In this document: positions 51,727 through 61,700 of the stretch, in pieces
Layout of the letters: the number at the start of each line of letters is the position of its first letter
Numbering within the stretch: position 1 is the first letter of the stretch
From: an uncultured Verrucomicrobia subdivision 3 bacterium
GTDB lineage: Bacteria > Verrucomicrobiota > Verrucomicrobiia > Limisphaerales > UBA11358
NCBI GenBank assembly: GCA_903858275.1
Contig: CAIOIC010000028.1
Coordinates: 93,173-157,172 of the forward strand
Direction: 5' to 3'
DNA length: 64,000 bases
Position numbers and translations under genes: made by a program
Notes under the pieces: generated by a model
The model's database searches: none
Told to the model about the DNA's origin: nothing
The model's input: only the letters and a program-made list of their open reading frames with translations

Positions 51727-52230
51727 ATGAAAAGCATTGATGCGCTTTGTCCCAACTGCGGTTTGTGCTGCGACAGCACGCTGTTTGCGGATGTGGAATT
51801 ACGCGCAGGTGATGATGCGAAGCGGTTGAAACGACTCGGACTCACCTTGCATCAAAAGACTAAAACGAAGCTGGCGTTCAGCCAGCCTTGTGCATGTTTT
51901 GACGGGAAGCTTTGCCGAATTTACGCGGAGCGGCCGAAGCGCTGCGGTTTGTTCGAGTGCGGTTTGCTCAAGCGCGTGGAGGTCGGCGAGATGTCGGCGC
52001 ATGCCGCCTTGAAGAAAATAACCTCGGCAAAAAATCAGGCGGAGCAGGCGCGTGGTTTGCTGCGCTCGCTGGGGCAGCGGGATGAGCGGATGGCTTTGAC
52101 GCATCGCTATGCCGGGGTGATGGCGTCGCCGATGGATTTTTCAAAGCCCGAGGAGATGGAACTGCGCGGCGAATTGATGCTGGCGGTGAATGATTTGATG
52201 ACGCAGTTGCAGCGGGATTTTCTGCGCTGA
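51727..52230 (+). CDS. YkgJ-family cysteine-cluster protein (UPF0153)
   Basis: CPNCGLCCD at the N-terminus, plus the C.C.....C..Y..RP..C pattern. Confidence 0.75.
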   Translation: MKSIDALCPNCGLCCDSTLFADVELRAGDDAKRLKRLGLTLHQKTKTKLAFSQPCACFDGKLCRIYAERPKRCGLFECGLLKRVEVGEMSAHAALKKITSAKNQAEQARGLLRSLGQRDERMALTHRYAGVMASPMDFSKPEEMELRGELMLAVNDLMTQLQRDFLR

Positions 52231-52232
52231 TT

Positions 52233-54008
52233 TCACGCCATCCCGATGTCTTTTGAAATCTTCTCGGCGGAGTGGGGGTCCACCCATTTGACCAGATTGA
52301 CGAAGTTCACCAGCGCGGGGCTGTCGGCCTTGACCTTGTAGAGATTCCGCAGCGCCGCCACCACCTTGTTGTAGGTGGAGGCGTATTTCTCGTGCGTCAG
52401 GCGGTTGGCGAAGGTTTCCAAAATGGCGCGGGCGATCGGATCGGTCTGGCCGTTGGGCAGATACGGAAACAGGCAGTAAACGCGGACGAAAACCATCGGA
52501 TCGCTTTCGGTCAACACCAGCCAGCAGGCTTTCACTTCGTCCGTATCGTAGCGGCCGCCAATCCGTTTGCGGATGGCGGCGATGATCTCGACCGGCGTGG
52601 CGCGTCCGCTGATAAGATCTTTGATGTGATCCCAGGCGAGCTGGCGTTCGCGTTCCGGCGGGAGGTTGGTTTTTTCGTTGAGGCGGGAGATGATTTCCTC
52701 CAAACCAAGTTCCTTGGCGACCGCTTTGGCAAGTTTTTCCCCGTCTTCCTTGCGCAGCAGCCGGTCGGTGGCGGCGATGGCGCGGATGCAGGACTGCTGC
52801 ATGGTCGGATTGAAAAGCCGCAGGACGGCGGCCAGCGCGGCGGGCGTGGGCGCATTGCCCTGGGGAATCAAATGCTTGATGCACTCGATGGTCAGCGGGT
52901 CGATGTCGGAAAGTTTTTCCGCGCGGAACGCAAGGGTGTAGCGCAGCGTCCGGGCCAGTCCGCCGGGCTTGCCGATGTTGTTAATGACGGATTTGCGATA
53001 GTCAGACGCAATGACGAGCGCCAGCATGGCTTCGACCGACTGGATGAGTTTTTCATCCAGTGAATCGGAGTTGGCGGGAATGGCCAGTTGCTCGATGAGT
53101 GGCGGCAGGCGCTGGGCGAAAACCACGTCCGGCGATTCGGTGCTTTGATTTTCGTAGTAGTGCAGCAGTTCGAGAAAATAGGAAAGCCGCGCGAACGCAG
53201 TTTTCTGGCCGCGCGATTGTTCCGTGTTTTCGCGGCTCTGGCGGACTTTCTGATGCAGTGCTTTCAGCTCATTTTGCTTGTCGGCCACCACCTTCGGGTT
53301 TTGCTGGAGGACTTCGGCGAACTCCGGTTTGAACGCCAGCATGATTTCCTCCGCCTTCGGGCGTGGATTGAACTTCACGTCCGTGGTCACGTCCTTGAAA
53401 AAAATCAGTGCGGAGTCGCCGAATTCCCGGACGATGCGTTCGCGGGGCACCTGGCCTTTCACAAAACCGCGATTGGCCCTGGCGAAGGCGGGTGAGAAGA
53501 AGTTTTCCGGCTGGGCCAGCAGTGATTCCAGCAGTCCGGCTTCATATGGCGCGTCCAGTTTGAGCAGCGCCTCCACTTCCGGTTTGAACGCCGCCGCCAG
53601 GTCGCGCTTGACCTTGTCGAGCTGTTTGAGGAGGACGGGCTGGAGCAGCGAGTCGTCCATTTTCCCCTTGGACAGGCTGGCGCAGACTTCGTTGACGTGC
53701 TGATTGTGTTCTACTAATCGCGACACCACCACGCCGATATCATTGATGGGCAGGCGGCTGACGAGCGTCGCCAGCAGGTTCACCAGCTCCGTGTGGGATT
53801 TTTGGCGATGCTCAATGACGCGCTCCACCAGCAAGCGCAGCATTTTATTTTCCTGTTCCAGAATCGTGCGCTCGGTCTCCAACTGTTGCACGCGCAGCGT
53901 GAAGTCGTGCCAGTCCCGTTGCACTTCCTCCACGGACGCGACCGGACTGTTGCTGCTCTGGGGTTGTGACATGAGCACATCTTCCTCAATGAATGGAGTG
54001 TTTTTCAA
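52233..54008 (-). CDS. Large hypothetical protein, N-terminal coiled coil, all-helical composition
   Basis: 591-aa ORF (alternative start at 53972) with coding-like composition. I recognise no motif. Confidence 0.6.
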   Translation of the reverse strand: MKNTPFIEEDVLMSQPQSSNSPVASVEEVQRDWHDFTLRVQQLETERTILEQENKMLRLLVERVIEHRQKSHTELVNLLATLVSRLPINDIGVVVSRLVEHNQHVNEVCASLSKGKMDDSLLQPVLLKQLDKVKRDLAAAFKPEVEALLKLDAPYEAGLLESLLAQPENFFSPAFARANRGFVKGQVPRERIVREFGDSALIFFKDVTTDVKFNPRPKAEEIMLAFKPEFAEVLQQNPKVVADKQNELKALHQKVRQSRENTEQSRGQKTAFARLSYFLELLHYYENQSTESPDVVFAQRLPPLIEQLAIPANSDSLDEKLIQSVEAMLALVIASDYRKSVINNIGKPGGLARTLRYTLAFRAEKLSDIDPLTIECIKHLIPQGNAPTPAALAAVLRLFNPTMQQSCIRAIAATDRLLRKEDGEKLAKAVAKELGLEEIISRLNEKTNLPPERERQLAWDHIKDLISGRATPVEIIAAIRKRIGGRYDTDEVKACWLVLTESDPMVFVRVYCLFPYLPNGQTDPIARAILETFANRLTHEKYASTYNKVVAALRNLYKVKADSPALVNFVNLVKWVDPHSAEKISKDIGMA

Positions 54009-54146
54009 CTACTATTTTAAATTCAAACGGTGTAATTCGTCTGAATAAATCAGTGTAATTTGTTTCTGTGTTCACGATTTGTTTTAAATGGCGGAACGCC
54101 GTGGTGTTCGGTTGACAGTCAAGGTTGGCTGTTCCTATGCTTGAAA

Positions 54147-55430
54147 ATGTCAAATTCACAATTCCCCCGTCTAACGCGTTCGGACTCTAGCTGGTTGATG
54201 GCGGTGGTTCTCTTCCTGCTTGGATTTTCCGGGGCGGTGCCTGCGGTCGGAACGAATTGGGGTGATTGGGTTCCGGCCGGTATTTTGCCACCGTTGCCGG
54301 CCAGCGGTCCGGCATTGTGTGTGGGCGGTTTTCTTAAACCGGAGCAGGGGCGGCAAGTGCTCGCTGCTGCACTTAAAACCTTTCCCGATCGTGTTTCGTG
54401 GGATGCTTACGCGAATTATGTGCGCGAACGGATTCAGCAGGGTGCCGGATTGTCACCTTGGCCACGGCGTACGCCGTTGAATCCCATCCTCAGAAACCTT
54501 CGCGTGTTTGATGGATATACGGTTGAAAATATCGCGTTGGAGACCGTGCCGGGTTTTTGGGCTACGGGCAATTTGTATCGTCCCCTCGCCACGAATGCTT
54601 CATTTCCCGTCATCCTCGCGACGCATGGCCATATGAAGTCCGGTCAGGGACGCCTTGAAGAATATATGCAGCACCGCTGTGGCACGCTGGCGCGGATGGG
54701 GGCGGTGGTGTTTGCGATTGATATGTTCGGGCACGGAGAGACACTGGCGCAGTTGGGCACCAACACGCACCCGCATCCGTTTTCAATGACCATTCAGACC
54801 TGGGATAATATTCGAGCGATAGACTTTCTCCTGGCGCTTTCCGGCGCGGATCCAAAACGCGTCGGCGTGACCGGCGAATCCGGCGGCGGTACCCAATCGT
54901 TTTTGCTCACGGCGTTGGATTCCCGCGTGACGCTGTCCGTGCCGGTGGTGATGGTGTCGTCGTATTTCTTTGGCGGCTGCCTCTGTGAAAGCGGATATCC
55001 GATTCATCGTAGCGCTGATCATTTTGTCAATAACGCCATGATTGCTGCGCTGGCAGCGCCGCGGCCGATGTTGTTGGTTTCCGATGGCCAGGACTGGACG
55101 CAGCATGTGCCGGAGAACGAATATCCCTTTCTAAAAAAGATTTATGGCTACTTTGGAGCGGCGCAAAATGTCCGCAACGTGCATTTGCCGCTGGAAGCAC
55201 ACGATAACGGCCCGTCAAAACGCGCCGCCATGTATCGTTTTGTGGCGGAACATTTTGGATTAAACCTGAAGGCCGTGCTGGACGCGCGCGGGGAAATTGA
55301 CGAATCAAAAATCACGATTGAACCGCTGGAGGCTCTGCGAGTTTTTAATGAAACGAATCTGCGGCCGGCTTCCGCCGTTGGTGACGCTGCGGCGGTTGAG
55401 GGTTCGTTGCGAAAATTACAAGGCCGTTAG
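54147..55430 (+). CDS. Secreted alpha/beta hydrolase (acetyl-xylan-esterase / dienelactone-hydrolase-like)
   Basis: The start is taken at ATG 54147. Signal/anchor segment, then the nucleophile elbow GESGGG. Confidence 0.65.
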   Translation: MSNSQFPRLTRSDSSWLMAVVLFLLGFSGAVPAVGTNWGDWVPAGILPPLPASGPALCVGGFLKPEQGRQVLAAALKTFPDRVSWDAYANYVRERIQQGAGLSPWPRRTPLNPILRNLRVFDGYTVENIALETVPGFWATGNLYRPLATNASFPVILATHGHMKSGQGRLEEYMQHRCGTLARMGAVVFAIDMFGHGETLAQLGTNTHPHPFSMTIQTWDNIRAIDFLLALSGADPKRVGVTGESGGGTQSFLLTALDSRVTLSVPVVMVSSYFFGGCLCESGYPIHRSADHFVNNAMIAALAAPRPMLLVSDGQDWTQHVPENEYPFLKKIYGYFGAAQNVRNVHLPLEAHDNGPSKRAAMYRFVAEHFGLNLKAVLDARGEIDESKITIEPLEALRVFNETNLRPASAVGDAAAVEGSLRKLQGR

Positions 55431-55471
55431 TCGGATAATCCAAGCGGTTATGCGGTGATATGGCGTTGCCA

Positions 55472-55510
55472 TAAAAAAGACCGCGATTACTCGCGGTCTT
55501 TTGTGTTTTG
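55472..55510. terminator. Bidirectional rho-independent terminator
   Basis: AGACCGCGA (55478-55486) / TCGCGGTCT (55491-55499), loop TTAC, flanked by AAAAAA and TTTGTGTTTT. Lies between convergent genes. Confidence 0.8.
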
Positions 55511-55521
55511 AAACCGAAAAA

Positions 55522-56697
55522 TTATTTTACCAGCGTCCGGCAAAATTTGTCAATTCGCTCCAGACCTTTCTCGATGTTCGCCAGGCTGGTCGCGTAGCTC
55601 AACCGGATGTAATCGTCCGCGCCGAACGCGATGCCGGGCACGGCGGCGACTTTTTCCTGCTCCAGCAGCTTCGCGCAGAAATCGGCGGACTTGAGGCCGG
55701 TCTGGGAAATGTTCGGAAACAGATAGAACGCGCCCTTCGCGTTGACGCAGGAAATTCCGGGGATGGAATTTAGCTTTGCGTGCGCGAACCGGCGGCGCTT
55801 GTCAAATTCCACGAGCCACGTCTTCAGGTGGTCTTGCGGGCCGGTGAGCGCGGCGACGCCGCCCTTTTGCGCGAAGGAAGTCGGGTTGCTCGTGCTGTGC
55901 GATTGCACGGCATCAATGGCTTTGGCGATTGGCTCCGGCGCGGCGAGGAAACCCAGGCGCCAGCCCGTCATGGAATACGCCTTTGCCAGGCCGTGGACGA
56001 TGATGGTGTGGTCGTAATGCGCCTGCGAGAAGCTCGCGACGCTCTTGACCTTCGCGCCATCATAGAGCAGGTGCTCGTAAATCTCGTCGCTCATGATGAG
56101 CACTCCCTTTTCGACGCAGATGTCGCCGAGCGTCTTGGTTTCTTCCGGCGTGTAAACGGAGCCCGTCGGATTGCTCGGAGAATTGAGAATAAAAAGTCTG
56201 GTCTGTGGAGTAATGGCCCGCCGCAAGGCCTCCGGCGTGACCTTGAATTCCGTCTGGTCGCTTGTCTGCAAAATCACCGGCTTGGCGCCCGCGAGCTTCA
56301 CCATTTCGGGATAGCTCAGCCAATATGGCGCGGGAATGATGACTTCGTCGCCCGGCTCGCAGGTGGCGAGAATGACGTTGTAGCAGGAATGTTTGCCGCC
56401 GCAGGAGACGATGATTTGCGAAGGCTTGTAGGTGAGGCCGTTCTCGTTTTTGAATTTGGCGGCGATGGCTTCGCGCAGTTCGGGTATGCCGCTGCTGGGC
56501 GTGTATTTCGTGAAGCCGGCGGCGAGCGCCTTGGCGCAGGCATCCTTGATGTGCTGCGGCGTGTCGAAATCGGGTTCGCCGGCACCGAAGCCGACGACGT
56601 CTTCGCCGGCGGCTTTCATGGCTTTGGCTTTGGCGTCAATGGCCAGCGTGAGTGAGGGCGACAGTGAGGCGGCGCGTTGGGAGATTTTGTAGTTCAT
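55522..56697 (-). CDS. Pyridoxal-phosphate-dependent (aspartate) aminotransferase, class I
   Basis: 391 aa. GEPDF.TP, NSPSNPTG, and SFSKAYSMTGWR-like (GLAKAYSMTGWRLG) blocks. Confidence 0.9.
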   Translation of the reverse strand: MNYKISQRAASLSPSLTLAIDAKAKAMKAAGEDVVGFGAGEPDFDTPQHIKDACAKALAAGFTKYTPSSGIPELREAIAAKFKNENGLTYKPSQIIVSCGGKHSCYNVILATCEPGDEVIIPAPYWLSYPEMVKLAGAKPVILQTSDQTEFKVTPEALRRAITPQTRLFILNSPSNPTGSVYTPEETKTLGDICVEKGVLIMSDEIYEHLLYDGAKVKSVASFSQAHYDHTIIVHGLAKAYSMTGWRLGFLAAPEPIAKAIDAVQSHSTSNPTSFAQKGGVAALTGPQDHLKTWLVEFDKRRRFAHAKLNSIPGISCVNAKGAFYLFPNISQTGLKSADFCAKLLEQEKVAAVPGIAFGADDYIRLSYATSLANIEKGLERIDKFCRTLVK

Positions 56698-56781
56698 AAA
56701 TTTAGGCGGCAGAAAGAATAAATCGAACGGTCTTCAGTGCAAGTAAGGAAATTCTTTTTGATTTGGTGGGTAGGGAAAGTT

Positions 56782-57150
56782 TCAAACCTTTTCCGTGCTT
56801 TTTGCGGCTTCGATGAGGTTCCAGAACTTGGGGTTTTCCTGCAAAGCTTGGTCTTCGCCGACCTTGATGCCCGAGCGGAAGAAGAAATCCTTCAATGTGT
56901 GCCGGCTCAGGATGCGGTGGACGAGCACGCCGAGCGCGTGGCGTTCAAAATAAACCCGGTAATCGCCCAGGCGGAACCGGTGCAGGATGTGGCCGTCGCT
57001 TTCGAGCTTGCCGAAATCCTCCAGCTCGCTGCCGATGACGTGCTGCGGCAGGCCGCGGAAATCGCCAAGGATCTGGAGCTGCAAATCCTTGGGCATCCGC
57101 GCGAGTTCAGACGCGGCGGTGGGCGTGAAGATGATTTGAAACGTGTTCAT
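56782..57150 (-). CDS. RelE/ParE-family toxin-like protein with a C-terminal extension of about 35 aa
   Basis: The start is taken at ATG 57148-57150. FTPTAASELARMPKDLQLQILGDF...RFRLGDYRVYFE...VLVHRILSRH matches the ParE/RelE pattern. Confidence 0.65.
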   Translation of the reverse strand: MNTFQIIFTPTAASELARMPKDLQLQILGDFRGLPQHVIGSELEDFGKLESDGHILHRFRLGDYRVYFERHALGVLVHRILSRHTLKDFFFRSGIKVGEDQALQENPKFWNLIEAAKSTEKV

Positions 57151-57249
57151 TTTTACCAAAACTCAGCGTTTCGACAATTTGCTTTGCCGGCAACGCTGCT
57201 CGTCAATGGAAGAATTCTATAAGACGACGGATAATAATCAAGTCATCGG

Positions 57250-57359
57250 GTAGTATCCCCATTTGAAAGCGGAGCGCGGGTCTGTGACCCGCAGCGGTTT
57301 GAATTGAAGGGAGTCGTGCGGCGGCTCACCGGGCCGCGCTCCAAAATCAAGACATCACC
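57250..57359 (+). repeat. 110-nt structured repeat, copy 1
   Basis: Gap-free alignment with 58571-58680 gives 93/110 identical by my count. It contains the hairpin GGGTC-TGT-GACCC and a closing pair GGAGCGC / GCGCTCC. Confidence 0.85.
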
Positions 57360-57457
57360 AGCCGTCGGACTGAACCTTGGCAACGGCGGGAAAATCTTGG
57401 TTTCCTCCCGCCTTCACGGCTTGCTTCGGCGTGGCTTGCTGTGGCTAAATAACCGTC

Positions 57458-58144
57458 ATGAGCACCGCCCCTCTCACTCCCGCCCAGCTTGCCGCGTATA
57501 TTGACCACACGCTGCTCCCGCCGGACGCCTCGCTCGCGCAGATTGAACAGCTCTGCGCCGAGGCGCGGGGCCACGGTTTTTTTTCCGTCTGTGTCAACGG
57601 CTCATGGGTCGTCTCCGCTCGGCACTTTCTCGACGGCACGGATGTGAAGGTCGCCACCGTCGTCGGCTTTCCGCTGGGCGCGATGAGCGGCGATGTGAAG
57701 CGCTACGAAACCGAGGTGGCCATTGATGATGGCGCGCACGAGATTGACGTGGTGCTGAACCTCGCGCGGCTCAAGGCGGGCGAGGATAAATACGTTTTCC
57801 GCGAACTCGTGGATGTGGTGGAGGCCGCCGATGAACGCACCGTGAAAGTGATTTTGGAAACCTGCCTGTTGACGGACGAGGAAAAAGTCCGCGCCTGCCT
57901 GCTCGTCGTGGATAGCGGCGCGCAGTTTGTGAAAACTTCCACCGGTTTTAGCACCGCTGGCGCGACGATTGCCGATGTGAAGCTGATGCGCGAAACCGTT
58001 GGGCCGAAATTCGGCGTGAAAGCCTCCGGCGGTGTCCGCGATGCGCAGACGGCGCTGGCACTGATTGCCGCCGGGGCGACGCGGTTGGGCACATCTTCCG
58101 GCATTGCGATTGTGAACGGGCTGGCTGGCGGCGGGAGTTATTGA
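57458..58144 (+). CDS. deoC: Deoxyribose-phosphate aldolase
   Basis: IDHT.L, VCV, EID.V.N, VKVI.ET, KTSTGF blocks. Confidence 0.93.
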   Translation: MSTAPLTPAQLAAYIDHTLLPPDASLAQIEQLCAEARGHGFFSVCVNGSWVVSARHFLDGTDVKVATVVGFPLGAMSGDVKRYETEVAIDDGAHEIDVVLNLARLKAGEDKYVFRELVDVVEAADERTVKVILETCLLTDEEKVRACLLVVDSGAQFVKTSTGFSTAGATIADVKLMRETVGPKFGVKASGGVRDAQTALALIAAGATRLGTSSGIAIVNGLAGGGSY

Positions 58145-58187
58145 TTGATAACCATCGCCTTGGGTGGCGGGAGGTCTACCGGCATTA

Positions 58188-58490
58188 TCAATCAACAATT
58201 TCCGTATGTTCCCTCACCTTGGGTTCGATGAGGAGTTCCGCATCCGAAGATTGATAGCTATGGTAGCTCAAGATGCTTTCCGGATGTTCCCGCACCCGAA
58301 AGGTGATTTTGATGCGTTGGTCACAGTCGCAGACCAATAAAAAATCTGCTTCGAAAATCCGCTCCAGTCCACTTTCCAGTTGTTGTTCCTTGACGCACTT
58401 GAAGTCCAACGTCCGGGTCGGTCCCACATGCAGCTTGTAGCAATTCTTGCACTTGTAGTGGTAAGAATCGATTTGTATTGGCGTGATCAT
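58188..58490 (-). CDS. Hypothetical 100-aa Cys-containing protein (CxxC ... CxC), lower GC than neighbours
   Basis: ORF with CKNC (aa 14-17) and CDCD (aa 54-57). About 48% GC over five 60-nt lines counted by hand, versus about 60% in flanking genes. No recognised family. Confidence 0.45.
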   Translation of the reverse strand: MITPIQIDSYHYKCKNCYKLHVGPTRTLDFKCVKEQQLESGLERIFEADFLLVCDCDQRIKITFRVREHPESILSYHSYQSSDAELLIEPKVREHTEIVD

Positions 58491-58570
58491 TATCGTTCAC
58501 CTCATCCAATCTCCAACCCCATTTTACCGTCTCCCAGTTGATGGATTCTGTCAAGCGGTGCCCATTACGC

Positions 58571-58680
58571 GTAGTGTCCCGATTTGAAAACGGAGCGCGG
58601 GTCTGTGACCCGCAGCGGATTGATTTGCAGGGGGACGTGTTGCGGCTTACAGAGCTGCGCTCCGAAATTAGGACATCACC
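58571..58680 (+). repeat. 110-nt structured repeat, copy 2
   Basis: See copy 1. Same orientation, 85% identity, no indels. Confidence 0.85.
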
Positions 58681-58705
58681 CATTTACGACTGAATGCCCT
58701 TCGCT

Positions 58706-61700
58706 TCAATCTTCCGCAAAAAGATATTCCAGATCCGTTGCCGTGAGGCTGCGGGCAAAACCTTCTTCCCCGAGCACGTCGGCGATCGTCTGCGCCTTGC
58801 TCTGCTGCAGTTCCCAGATTTTTTCCTCCACCGTGCCGGGCGCGATGAGGCGGTAGGCGTTCACCGTCTGCGTCTGGCCGATGCGGTGCGAGCGGTCGAT
58901 GGCCTGCGCCTCCACCGCCGGGTTCCACCACGGATCGTAAAGCACCACATAGCTGGCATTCGTCAGGTTCAGGCCGGTTCCCGCCGCGCGCAAACTCAGG
59001 AGGAACACGCTCCCGCCGGTGTCTTTCTGGAAATCGTTGACGACCGACTGCCGGTCCTTGGTCTGGCCGGTGAGGATGTGCGTGCGGATGTTGCGGGCGT
59101 GGCATTCCTTTTCGAGAATGTTCAGCATCTGCACGAACTGCGAGAACACGAGCACCTTCTGCCCTTCGGCCACCAGCGAATCGAGCAATTCAAATAAAGT
59201 ATCCGTCTTGCCGGAAGCCGTGTCGCTGCCGACGAGCGACGGATGGCAGCACACCTGCCGCAACCGCGTGAGCGCGGCGAGCACATGCATCTTGCTCTTG
59301 TTGAGCCCTTGCGTGGCCACGGCTTGCTCGATGGTTTCGCGGCTGCGGCGGAGTTCGGCGAGATACAATTTCCGCTGCTCGTCGCCGAGCGGGCAATCGC
59401 GCCGCTCCTCGATGCGGTCGGGCAGATCCTTCGCCACATGCTTCTTCAAGCGGCGCAGTAGCAGCGGGCGCAGCTTGGCGGAAAGTTTGCGGCGCGCGAT
59501 GCGCTGGACGGACTCGGCGTTTTCGCCGCCCTTCGGCTCGTAGGTGTCGAGGAATTGTTCCTGGTTGCCGAGATAATTCGGCTGGATGAAATCCACGATG
59601 CTCCACAAGTCCAGCAGCCGGTTTTCCAGCGGCGTGCCGGTGAGCGCGATTTTGTTTTCGCACTTCAGCTGCTTCACCGACTGCGTGACCTGCGCGCCGG
59701 GATTCTTGATGAACTGCGCCTCGTCCAGAATGACGGCGCGGAAGGCGAACTTGTGAAATTCCTCCAGGTCGCGCCGGAGCAGCGCGTAGTTGGTGACGAT
59801 GATGTCGTGTTCGGGTATCTGCTTGCGCAAATTGTGACGCGCGGCGCCGCTCTCGAGCACGAGCACCTTCATGCCGGGCGTGAACTTTTCTGCCTCGCGC
59901 CGCCAGTTGTGCAGCACGGATGCCGGGCAGATGACGAGCGATGGCTTGGGATTCTTCGTGTTGCGTTCCTTGAGCCATGCGAGCCAGGTCAGCGTCTGGA
60001 GCGTTTTGCCGAGGCCCATGTCGTCAGCCAGGATGCCGCCGAGCCGGACCTGCACGAGGTGCACCAGGAAATCAAAGCCGTCCTTCTGATAGGGGCGGAG
60101 TTCCGCCTGCAGGCATTTGGGCAGGTTCGCGGATGGAACGCCTTTGAAATCGCGGACGCGGTCGCGCAAGGCCTGCGCCTCCGGCGAATCGACGAAGCGC
60201 TGCAAGCCGTCCTCGTCCAGATGCGCGACGTGTTCGAGGCCGACTTTTTGCGGCACGGCAATTAAACCGTCCACGCCCATGTCCGCCATCGCTTCGTGCG
60301 CGCCCTGCACGGCGTTCGTGTCGAGCTCCACCCAGCCGGCATTCGGCAATTTCACAAAACGGCTCGTCGCGGCCGCGAGGCGTTCGAGGTCGGATTTGGA
60401 AAGCTTCATGCCTTCCGCTTCCCACTCGGCGGAAACCGCGAGCCAGTCAATGCCGCTGCCCTTCACGACGAGGCGCGGCTTGAGCCGGTGCGGCGTGAGG
60501 AACAGCCGGTGGAACGCGGCGTTGCCCAGAAATTCCGCTTCCGTCGGTTTCGCGGCCCATGCCTCGGCGAGCGAGCCGAGGAAATTTTCATTCGCATCGC
60601 CGATCCATAAGCCCGGTTCCTGCATGAACCAGTCGAGTTTGCGCAGCCATTGCACCGCCGGTTCGAGGCGCGGGTCGTCGAGGATTTCCGGTTTTTCGCC
60701 CGGCTTGATCATCCGGTTGTGCGGCACCCATTCATGGCTGTTCCAGACCCAGGTGCTCTTGTCGCGTTCGCTTTTCGCGAGCAGCCGCAATTGCACCGTG
60801 TCGTCCAGCAGCTCGAATACGAACTGCGGCGCGGCGGCGTGCGCCACGCAGAGCTGCTCCCAGTCCACGCCGTGATTGGCCTGCGACTTGCGCAAATGCA
60901 GCAGCAACCGGTGGCTGAGCTTGCGCACGGGCACGGAGGGTTTCTGCGCCAGATATTTCAGCACGCCGGTCGGCGGCGCGTTGCGCAGCAGGAAAAATTC
61001 GTTGCCCACGAGCGCCACCGGCGACTGGCGGTTGAAAAACTTCGCTTCCGCCACGGAATGATTCAGGCCGTCCGGCAGCAGGATGCGGTGCGTGAAGGAC
61101 AGTTCCTTGTCGCCGTTTTCCAGATGCGGTGCGAGGGCGACGATGTGGCCGTGGAAGAACAGCGGCTGGCCGTTCGCGGCGGATTCGAGGCGGTTGGTGT
61201 GGCCCCAGCGCGCGAGCCATTGGAGCAGTTCGGCATCGGCCAGTAGCAGCGTCGTCTCGTTGCTGGCCCGCTCGCGGTGCGTGTCGTAAATCCACTGGAT
61301 GAACTCCCAGTCCCACGGCGTGAACAGCTCCTGCTCATGCGCGGCGCGGACGACGAGGTCCACCAAATCGTGTAGCGAACGGGCTTTTTCGCCGGTGCGC
61401 GGGCGGAGCAGGAGAAATTGCACCGCCAGCCGGAAGCGCGCCGGTTCCTGGGCATCCGGTTGCGGCTTGCAGACCACGCGGAGCGTGGCGCGCGGCGTGT
61501 CCAGGTGCAGTGGGGTGGGCGGCGAGAGCCAGTTTTCCAATTCCTTCACCAGCCGCAGTTCCTGTTCGGCTTCCTCGGCGCGGGCGAAACGGTCAAGGCT
61601 CGCGTGCGGCTGCAATTCCGGCGGCACGGAGCGCTTGGCGCGCAAAAAGAGAAACGCCAGTTCCTCCAGCCGGGCCTTGCCGGTGGTCGCGAGCATCTTC

